From Minisyncoccota bacterium (GTDB lineage Bacteria > Patescibacteriota > Microgenomatia > UBA1400 > UBA12028), in contig JACRHV010000011.1 in assembly GCA_016211945.1 (NCBI GenBank), positions 787-64,786 on the forward strand: DNA of 64,000 nucleotides, given 5' to 3'. The position numbers and the translations under genes are program-made. The notes under the pieces were generated by a model, which had not been told where the DNA came from, ran no database searches, and worked only from the letters and a program-made list of their open reading frames with translations. Shown one piece after another: positions 47,853-54,692 of the stretch. How positions within the stretch are numbered: the first letter of the stretch is position 1; the number at the start of each line of letters is the position of its first letter.

Positions 47853-47923
47853 GGGCCCGTCCGATGGCCGGGGCGTACGACTACCATCGTCATGCTTAGG
47901 GGGTTCGATTCCCCTCGAGTCCA
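47853..47923 (+). ncRNA. Non-canonical tRNA-like element with G3-U70 and A73
   Basis: GGGCCCG/CGAGTCC acceptor and GGGGG-TTCGATT-CCCCT T-arm; no canonical D or anticodon arm. Confidence 0.6.
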
Positions 47924-47993
47924 CGGGAAAAATAATAGATATATCAAAACTTTTTTCTCCTTGAATTTACTGGATAACGTAGTATTATATTCG

Positions 47994-48059
47994 CAATGGT
48001 AGTTGTATTTCCTCCAAAGGAAAGCATGACACAGAGACGCAGGGAAACTTGCGTTTTTT
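47994..48059 (+). ncRNA. Candidate small RNA or attenuated leader
   Basis: TTGAAT-16-TATTAT at 47961-47988, hairpin TTTCCT-CCAA-AGGAAA, terminator ACGCAGG-GAAA-CTTGCGT-T5. Confidence 0.35.
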
Positions 48060-48129
48060 GTTGAAATTTGAGCGATTTTCTTCGGTGTTTCTTCTTGTTT
48101 TTGATATCTCGTTATGATAGAATTTGTCT

Positions 48130-48852
48130 ATGAGAAAATATCGTACGTATGATAAAAAAATTATATTTCGTGCACTAGATTTAAGAAGACAAGGACTTTC
48201 GTATAAAGAAATTCTTAAGAAGCTAGAAGAATATCATATCCCCAAAAACACGTTATCCAATTGGTGTACAAAAGCAAAGATTTCATTGGATGCTATAGCA
48301 AGCGGGAAACTTCTTGCATATCAGCGCGTAGCACGATATTCCGCACAGCTTAAGGGTTCTGCTTGGCAAAAAACCCAAAAAATTTTGAGACAAAAATTTG
48401 CAAAAATGGAAGCCAGATTCTGCATGCAAGATGTTCTATCTCTTCAATCTAATCTTTCAGACCTTCTATTTTTCTCTGGATTTTATATAGGAGAAGGTGT
48501 GAAATGCTCGGATGAGCATGTTATGTTTGCAAACTCAAAAATTGAGATCTTGAAATGTTGTCTTTCTATTTTTCGGAAAGTATTTTCTGTTGACGAGAGT
48601 AAGTTTCGTATTGCGCTCCATTTACGGCATGATCAAAACATAGAAGAACTCGAGAAATATTGGTCGCAAGAACTCTCCATTCCTTTATCACAAATTATCA
48701 AGAGTAATATTGATCAACGGACGATTGGGAAAAAAACTTTTGATACATATAAAGGCGTCTGTGCAATCTACTACTATGATGCTAAAATACAGAGATTCTT
48801 ACTTGAGTTACAAGAACAATTTGTACTCAATATTTTAAAAAAGGGCGATTAG
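48130..48852 (+). CDS. HTH + LAGLIDADG-like protein whose stop codon is inside tRNA-Val(GAC)
   Basis: LRRQGLSYKEI...IPKNTLSNW, GFYIGEG.K, F.NS, KYWS..L.IP, YKGVC; same family as 31807-32568. Confidence 0.8.
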   Translation: MRKYRTYDKKIIFRALDLRRQGLSYKEILKKLEEYHIPKNTLSNWCTKAKISLDAIASGKLLAYQRVARYSAQLKGSAWQKTQKILRQKFAKMEARFCMQDVLSLQSNLSDLLFFSGFYIGEGVKCSDEHVMFANSKIEILKCCLSIFRKVFSVDESKFRIALHLRHDQNIEELEKYWSQELSIPLSQIIKSNIDQRTIGKKTFDTYKGVCAIYYYDAKIQRFLLELQEQFVLNILKKGD

Positions 48853-48916
48853 CTCAGTTGGTTAGAGCGCTTGATCGACATTCAAGAGGTAACAGGTCCG
48901 AATCCTGTATCGCCCA
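48843..48916 (+). tRNA. tRNA-Val(GAC) with C33 and C55
   Basis: GGGCGAT acceptor; CTTGA-TCGACAT-TCAAG; T-loop TCCGAAT. Confidence 0.93.
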
Positions 48917-48937
48917 CTATAAGGAAAACCTGAAAAT

Positions 48938-49144
48938 CTATTTTTTCTTTTTCTTTTTTGTAGGTGCTACTTCCGTAAGCACATCCCATACAGCTCGAAG
49001 AATCGCTAAGTGAGCTAACGGATTTTTCGATCCACCAGACAGTTCTTTGTAATGAGTAAAAGCCCCCAATGGATCTGTTTCAACTAGCTTCCTTATCTTC
49101 CGACGAAGTTCTGACTCAACAAATGTTGCTCTTCCAGCTCCCAT
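48938..49144 (-). CDS. Hypothetical small protein
   Basis: 68 aa; TAGGAT 6 nt before the ATG; poly-Lys tail. Confidence 0.45.
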   Translation of the reverse strand: MGAGRATFVESELRRKIRKLVETDPLGAFTHYKELSGGSKNPLAHLAILRAVWDVLTEVAPTKKKKKK

Positions 49145-49203
49145 ACCCCGATCCTACCACATTTACACCCCCGCTTCCATATGCTACACTCTCTTTAAGT
49201 AAA

Positions 49204-49345
49204 CATTCTCGTTGATCCGGCCACCAACCGAGGAGAGAATCGGCATCGTCGCTGAACGACGAAAGATTAAGTCACGAATCAGGATGGAACCGTTCGCCGC
49301 AAGCGAACTCCTGAGTACGTGGCTTTTTTTGTATATAAAGGAACA
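49204..49345 (+). promoter_or_regulatory. T-box riboswitch (Thr specifier ACC) with an ultrashort Stem I
   Basis: Stem I ATTCTC-GTTGATCCGGCC-ACC-AACCGAGGA-GAGAAT; antiterminator AGGA-TGGAACC-GTTCGC-CGCAA-GCGAAC-TCCT directly upstream of thrS. Confidence 0.85.
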
Positions 49346-49347
49346 CT

Positions 49348-51228
49348 ATGGGTAACCCACAGCCAAAAAATCTCGATAATCTTCGCCACTCCTGCGCCCA
49401 CCTGCTCGCAAAGGCAGTACTGGAACTTTACCCCGGCGCACACAACGCGATCGGACCGTCCATAGAACACGGGTTTTACCAAGACTTTGATTTTGGCGAC
49501 ACAAAAATATCAGAAGATGATCTTCCAAAAATTGAGGAAAAAATGCGGGAGATTTTGCCGAGTTGGACACATTTTGAGTTCAATGAGGTGACGCTGGAAG
49601 AAGCAAAAAAATTATTCAAGCATAATCCGTACAAAATTGAGTTGGCAATAGAATTTGCGGGTGAAGGAAAAAAACTTACCACAAATAACCCGGGAAATTT
49701 CCTCGATCTCTGCAAAATGGGTCACGTAGAAAATCCGTCTAAAGAAATGCAACACTTCAAACTCACAAAAGTTGCTGGTGCGTATTGGCGTGGTGATGAA
49801 AAAAATAAAATGCTCACACGTATCTACGGCACGGTGTGGACAACGCAACAAGAGCTCGATACCTATCTTCAACAGCAAGAAGAGGCAAAGAAGCGAGATC
49901 ATCGCAAACTCGGACAAGAGCTCGATTTATTCTCCACAAATATGCTCACGGGCCAGGGACTTATTCTGTGGCATCCAAAACTCGCGGTTGCAAGAAATGT
50001 GGTTGAACAGTACTGGAGAGATGAACACTATAAACGTGGATACCAACTTGTGTTTACACCGCACATTGCAAGCATGGATATGTTCGTCAAAAGTCGGCAC
50101 TTGTCAAAATATATTAACTCGATGTTCCCAGTGATGCTGCACCAATATATCGAGGGAGAAAGCGCGCCGGACTACCAAGTAGATGAGGTGTTGAAACCAA
50201 TGAACTGCCCGAATCACATTCAGATTTTTAAGGCGCGGCCGCGCAGTTATCGCGAGCTGCCACTGCGCATCGGCGAGCTGGGTACGGTATATCGATATGA
50301 GCGCGCCGGTGTTTTGCATGGCATGACACGCGTACGCGGATTTACGCAGGATGACTCGCATATTTTTTGTACGCCGGACCAAGTAATTGGTGAGGTGCGC
50401 AGTGTATTGCAGTTGATGAAAGATGTGTACGCACTTTTTGGTTTCCAAGATTATCAAGCATATATTTCTACGCGCCCGAAAAAATATTTAGGGTCGTTGG
50501 AGATGTGGGATTTTGCAGAAGAGTCGTTGAAAAAAGCTGCATCTGCAGAAAAATTTGAGTACAAAATTGATGAAGGTGAGGGTGTTTTCTACGGTCCAAA
50601 AATCGATATCAAAGTAAAAGACTCTCTTGGTCGCGAGTGGCAGTTGGGGACGGTGCAGTTCGACTTCAACCAGCCGGACAAGGCTGAGTCAACAGAAGAT
50701 GATATTGACGAGTTTTGGCAGCTGAAAACATTCAAGATGAAGTTTAAGACGCGCGAGAATTTGGCGAAGTATTTGAAGCAGATTGGGCGCGGATTCAACG
50801 TAACCTACATTGATAACGACGGAAAAGAAAAACAGTGTGTCATGATTCACCGTGTTGTGTTTGGGTCAATGGAGCGCTTCTTTGGCATCTTGATCGAACA
50901 TTACGGCGGGGCATTCCCATTGTGGATGGCGCCAATCCAGGCTGTGGTCATTCCCATCTCACAGGACCAAAACGAGTACGCGGAAAAGGTGTTAGGTGAG
51001 TTGCGAACTGCTGGCTTACGGGCGGAAAACTGGAACGAGGCCGAGAGTATGCAGAATCGCATCCGCAAAGCGGAACACGAGAAAGTGCCGTTCATGTTGG
51101 TGGTTGGAAAGAAGGAGGCCGCGGAGGGGACGGTGGCGGTACGCGCACGTGGAAATAAAAATGAGGGAGTGGTGAAAGTTGAGGAGTTTGTGAAGAGGTG
51201 TTTGGAGAAGATGGCGGCGAGAGGATAG
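49348..51228 (+). CDS. thrS: Threonine--tRNA ligase (no TGS domain; insertion in the catalytic domain)
   Basis: RHSCAH, GAYWRGD, RDHRKLG, LKPMNCP, RVRGFTQDD, FYGPKID, IHR...GSMERF. Confidence 0.97.
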   Translation: MGNPQPKNLDNLRHSCAHLLAKAVLELYPGAHNAIGPSIEHGFYQDFDFGDTKISEDDLPKIEEKMREILPSWTHFEFNEVTLEEAKKLFKHNPYKIELAIEFAGEGKKLTTNNPGNFLDLCKMGHVENPSKEMQHFKLTKVAGAYWRGDEKNKMLTRIYGTVWTTQQELDTYLQQQEEAKKRDHRKLGQELDLFSTNMLTGQGLILWHPKLAVARNVVEQYWRDEHYKRGYQLVFTPHIASMDMFVKSRHLSKYINSMFPVMLHQYIEGESAPDYQVDEVLKPMNCPNHIQIFKARPRSYRELPLRIGELGTVYRYERAGVLHGMTRVRGFTQDDSHIFCTPDQVIGEVRSVLQLMKDVYALFGFQDYQAYISTRPKKYLGSLEMWDFAEESLKKAASAEKFEYKIDEGEGVFYGPKIDIKVKDSLGREWQLGTVQFDFNQPDKAESTEDDIDEFWQLKTFKMKFKTRENLAKYLKQIGRGFNVTYIDNDGKEKQCVMIHRVVFGSMERFFGILIEHYGGAFPLWMAPIQAVVIPISQDQNEYAEKVLGELRTAGLRAENWNEAESMQNRIRKAEHEKVPFMLVVGKKEAAEGTVAVRARGNKNEGVVKVEEFVKRCLEKMAARG

Positions 51229-51275
51229 CCACAAAAACGCAAATTTTTAACGAAAAAAGGCAGGCTAATACAACA

Positions 51276-51305
51276 ACTCCTCGGTTTCCAACCGAGGAGT
51301 GTTTT
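51276..51305. terminator. Terminator hairpin between convergent genes
   Basis: ACTCCTCGGTT-TCC-AACCGAGGAGT followed by GTTTT. Confidence 0.7.
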
Positions 51306-51318
51306 CGTGCAGGGTGGG

Positions 51319-51930
51319 CTATTCTTTAAAGTCGTTATCATACAAGAGAAAAACTGTCTCTTGTTTGATATCCGACTCCATAATGACAACATAGATCGTG
51401 TTGCCACCACGTTTCACCTCGCCATATGCCCACACCCCCGTGCCACCGGTAATTGACTGTATGCATTTGTCTTTATTATCCCCGGTCGGCGCACAGTATC
51501 CACTGCCGCCAAAAGCGCGAATTTTCATCACCTTGGGGGAATCATAGAGAACAAAGGTGTATCCCGTTTTGGCTTCGTAGCCTAAACGGCCCCACTCAGC
51601 AACCTTGAGCCGCACCGATTCTTTACCAGCCAAAACCTTGTTTGGATCAAGGTTTGAAGTTGCTGACTGACCAGCTCCTTGATCTTTCGATTGAGGAGCA
51701 GGTTGCTGGGCGTTGGGCGCTTTGAGCTGGGCAACGACTTGCGCCAGTATTTCGTTGGTTTTACCCAACTGTGCTTCGACGCCCTTCATATCAGCATTCA
51801 ACGCTACTGATGAAGAAACTGGCGGACGTGGGGAAAACCAAATTGCGGCGCTGATGATCAACGCCATGGTAACACCCACAACCAACCGGGAGTTTAGGAA
51901 CTCCCAAAAACCTTTTGTTAATTTTCCCAT
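51319..51930 (-). CDS. Membrane-anchored hypothetical protein
   Basis: N-terminal TM helix, short coiled coil, Q/P linker, domain with a Cys pair. Confidence 0.7.
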   Translation of the reverse strand: MGKLTKGFWEFLNSRLVVGVTMALIISAAIWFSPRPPVSSSVALNADMKGVEAQLGKTNEILAQVVAQLKAPNAQQPAPQSKDQGAGQSATSNLDPNKVLAGKESVRLKVAEWGRLGYEAKTGYTFVLYDSPKVMKIRAFGGSGYCAPTGDNKDKCIQSITGGTGVWAYGEVKRGGNTIYVVIMESDIKQETVFLLYDNDFKE

Positions 51931-52310
51931 ATTGTTTTTAACTTAAGCCTCCTCCATTGTGAGGCCTTGTCCAAACCTGACCGTAACATCCGTTACATCT
52001 CAAGCTGGACAGAAAAAAGACAAGATTTATCCTCTTTCCGCCCAGCTCAAGTGTCTTTTTTTGGAGAAACAAGAGTGTGGCGAAACCTAATTTAATAGCC
52101 ATAGCCATATTGATACTGCAAAAAGTCCATGATTGCTCTCGTAATCGAGGAACATCATGTTCTTCTCACACATATCACCTGCACTGTTAATGAGCATGCT
52201 GGGACACATCGCCAGTGATTGGCGAACGTACCATACATACGTACTGCGCATTATACCAAAATAGGCTTTAGAATTCAGATTATAGGATATGAAGAATAAC
52301 CTTAAAAAAA

Positions 52311-52622
52311 CTATCTCTTAAGCCACGGCGGAACGCCACCGCCACCATCTTGGGTACTTGCTTCTCGAAGTTGCGTCTCTGACTCACCGCGTAAAGACAC
52401 TGTAACTATTCCTGCATTATCAAGAACAGAAGCAATGTCAAAATCATATGTTGACCTGAAAAAACGTAATGTTACTGTTTCCAAGACTTCTAATTTTCTG
52501 GGAATAAATTTTTGATGCTCTACTAACACGTTGTGTTTCATCATGTACGTCAGCAACGACAATGCTTCTGGTGCTGATAAAACCAGTGATACTTCAACCG
52601 GTCCCAACCATAATTCTGCCAT
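52311..52622 (-). CDS. Hypothetical protein
   Basis: 103-aa ORF with a GAGGA SD. Confidence 0.6.
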   Translation of the reverse strand: MAELWLGPVEVSLVLSAPEALSLLTYMMKHNVLVEHQKFIPRKLEVLETVTLRFFRSTYDFDIASVLDNAGIVTVSLRGESETQLREASTQDGGGGVPPWLKR

Positions 52623-52706
52623 ATTTCCTCTTGTCTCTTATTCCAGGCATGTAGTATAATGCTTTGTCTGGGATAATCAAGAGAAACTTCCAGCAAGACT
52701 AACGTT

Positions 52707-53279
52707 ATGAGTTCTAAAACATTCTATAAAATTAACCATTTCATCCAGGCGCCGGAACTTCGGGTGTTAGACCAGTTTAACAAGCAAATTGGTGTTATGT
52801 CGAAACAGGATGCCCTCGTAAAGGCCCAAGAACTTGGTGTCGATCTTGTCGAGATTGCCTCGAGTGCAAAGCCTCCTGTCGCTAAACTGATTAACTTCGC
52901 GAAGTTCAAATACCAGCAACAACAAAAAGAACAGGAAGAAAAGAAGAAAAACAAGGCGGCCGAGCTGAAAGAGCTTCGATTTACCCCGGTCATCGCGCAA
53001 GGCGACTTTGACTCGCGCATCAAAAAGGCACGCAACTATCTTGAGGGTAACGATAAAGTCCGTCTTGTGGTAAAATTCACCGGTCGGCAGATCACGCGTA
53101 AGGATTTTGGCGAACGAGTGCTCAAGCGCGCAGTGGAGCAGTTGCAGGATTGTTCGATGGTTGAGATTCAGCCGAGATTACTTGGCAAGTTCATGATGAT
53201 GCAGCTCACGCCAACAAAGAAAAAAAAGGTACAAACACAGTCAGCCCGAGGTGAAACTGAGGCAAAGAAAGAGGAATAG
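52707..53279 (+). CDS. infC: Translation initiation factor IF-3
   Basis: IN..I....LRV, DLVEI...AKPPVAK, KELRF, VKFTGRQ. Confidence 0.96.
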   Translation: MSSKTFYKINHFIQAPELRVLDQFNKQIGVMSKQDALVKAQELGVDLVEIASSAKPPVAKLINFAKFKYQQQQKEQEEKKKNKAAELKELRFTPVIAQGDFDSRIKKARNYLEGNDKVRLVVKFTGRQITRKDFGERVLKRAVEQLQDCSMVEIQPRLLGKFMMMQLTPTKKKKVQTQSARGETEAKKEE

Positions 53280-53280
53280 T

Positions 53281-53499
53281 ATGTCAAGAAAACAAGGACC
53301 ACAAGGAAAAATGAAAACGCGTAAATCGGCCGCGAAGCGGTTTAAGATTACCGCAACCGGGAAGATCATGATGCGATCACAAAACATTCGACACTTAAAG
53401 CGCCATAAGTCGAAAAAGGCATTGCGCGCTGGTCGAGTTCCATTGCAGTTAAAGGGAAAGTTCGCAAAGAAAATCAAGCAGATGCTTGGCATTGCATAA
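53281..53499 (+). CDS. rpmI: 50S ribosomal protein L35
   Basis: [26 protein letters not shown] before 53281; synteny. Confidence 0.95.
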   Translation: MSRKQGPQGKMKTRKSAAKRFKITATGKIMMRSQNIRHLKRHKSKKALRAGRVPLQLKGKFAKKIKQMLGIA

Positions 53500-53514
53500 C
53501 GAAGGGGAAACACT

Positions 53515-53862
53515 ATGAGAGTGAAAACTGGAATTGTTCGACGCAAGAGTCATAAGGCCGTATTGGCGCGTACAAAAGGATTTCGCATGACGAAAAGCCG
53601 CTTGTACAAAGTGGCGAAAGAGGCGGATCTTCACGCAGGACAGTACGCGTTCATCGGCCGACGACTGAAGAAGCGCGATCTTCGTTCACTGTGGATCACG
53701 CGCATCAGTGCCGCGGTAAAGATGGTTGATGAGAAGTTGAATTACAGTCGATTTATCAAAGCACTGAAAGATGCGAAGGTCACTTTAGATCGTAAAGTGT
53801 TGGCTGACATTGCTGCAAAAGATATGAAGACGTTTGGTGAGATAGTAAAGAAGGTGAGGTAG
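53515..53862 (+). CDS. rplT: 50S ribosomal protein L20
   Basis: MRVKTG, KKRDLRSLWITRI, YSRFI, DRKVLA. Confidence 0.97.
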   Translation: MRVKTGIVRRKSHKAVLARTKGFRMTKSRLYKVAKEADLHAGQYAFIGRRLKKRDLRSLWITRISAAVKMVDEKLNYSRFIKALKDAKVTLDRKVLADIAAKDMKTFGEIVKKVR

Positions 53863-53863
53863 C

Positions 53864-54160
53864 ATGGTTGAAGAAGAAAATCAGGAAACCCCAGAAGAAA
53901 AACTTGAAAACTTGTTTTTGGGCATACAGTCTACTCAAAAAGCTGCAAATGAACTCAAAACAGATACCCTAGCGTCTGCCGAAGAAAAACAGAAATTGAA
54001 TTTACATTTACTTATTCAAATTGAAGATTATAAGTTCTACCTTGAGCAATATGACATGTTAGACGAGAAAAGAGCAGAAATTATTTCCGAGATGAAAAGA
54101 AGTACAAAAGAAATCCTCAGATCAATTGGTGAAGAAATAAAATTACTGAAAAAAGACTAA
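53864..54160 (+). CDS. Hypothetical acidic coiled-coil protein
   Basis: 98-aa ORF starting right after rplT. Confidence 0.55.
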   Translation: MVEEENQETPEEKLENLFLGIQSTQKAANELKTDTLASAEEKQKLNLHLLIQIEDYKFYLEQYDMLDEKRAEIISEMKRSTKEILRSIGEEIKLLKKD

Positions 54161-54187
54161 CGAAATATAAAGATCCGCATCTTATCT

Positions 54188-54532
54188 ATGCCAACCGCAG
54201 AATCACAACAAGGTTTACGCGAAAAATTGAACAAAGAAGGTGTTGATTCCATCCTCGCCGTTTGTTCCTCATCGTTTCTTGCAAATGAGACAGATCGTGG
54301 TGCTGCTACAACTGAGCAATGGATAAGAACATTTATGTCAGATCATACGTACGCTATTTCTGACGATCTTGCTAAAAAACTTGAACGAGTATTAAGTGAA
54401 ATAGATTCTCATCGAAAGAATCAAAAAAGGACTTTTCAACAAGACTCTTTTGGTAAAGTCGGCGGAGCAAGCCCCACTATCATTCCAGGAGAGGAAGATA
54501 ATCTTGGAAAACATCCCGCAGACCGCGACTAA
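54188..54532 (+). CDS. Hypothetical protein
   Basis: 114-aa ORF. Confidence 0.55.
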   Translation: MPTAESQQGLREKLNKEGVDSILAVCSSSFLANETDRGAATTEQWIRTFMSDHTYAISDDLAKKLERVLSEIDSHRKNQKRTFQQDSFGKVGGASPTIIPGEEDNLGKHPADRD

Positions 54533-54551
54533 TCTGTGCTACAATAACCCT

Positions 54552-54611
54552 ATGTCTACAAATCTTTTCTCATTTTTCTTTTTTACCTCCAGGGAGGCTG
54601 TTTTGTCGTAG
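54552..54611 (+). CDS. Phe-rich attenuator leader peptide MSTNLFSFFFFTSREAVLS (PheM-like)
   Basis: 5 Phe codons, 4 consecutive; ATG 6 nt after TACAAT; directly upstream of pheS. Confidence 0.8.
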   Translation: MSTNLFSFFFFTSREAVLS

Positions 54612-54635
54612 ACACAAAAATATCTCGACAACACG

Positions 54636-54660
54636 ACCTCCGAAACTCGGAGGTTTTTTT
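54636..54660 (+). terminator. Attenuator terminator of pheST
   Basis: ACCTCCGA-AAC-TCGGAGGT-T6; its 5' arm can instead pair with GGAGGCTGTTTTGTCGTAGA in the leader. Confidence 0.82.
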
Positions 54661-54692
54661 GTATTGAGGAGAAAGATATAATAGAAGGACTT

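Noticed and set aside
47853..47923. Calling the element tRNA-Trp(CCA) or a full tmRNA
   Set aside because: The CCA-containing loop has A at the U33 position and only a 3-bp proximal stem, and 71 nt leaves no room for a tag reading frame.
51931..52255. RNase P RNA, tmRNA or c-di-GMP riboswitch in this long intergenic region
   Set aside because: No complete GAGGAAAGUCC core, tRNA-like ends or GEMM consensus was found; only partial look-alike words.
52707..52740. Non-AUG (ATT) start for infC autoregulation
   Set aside because: An in-frame ATG at 52707 gives a normal N-terminus, and the in-frame ATT falls in the conserved IN motif.
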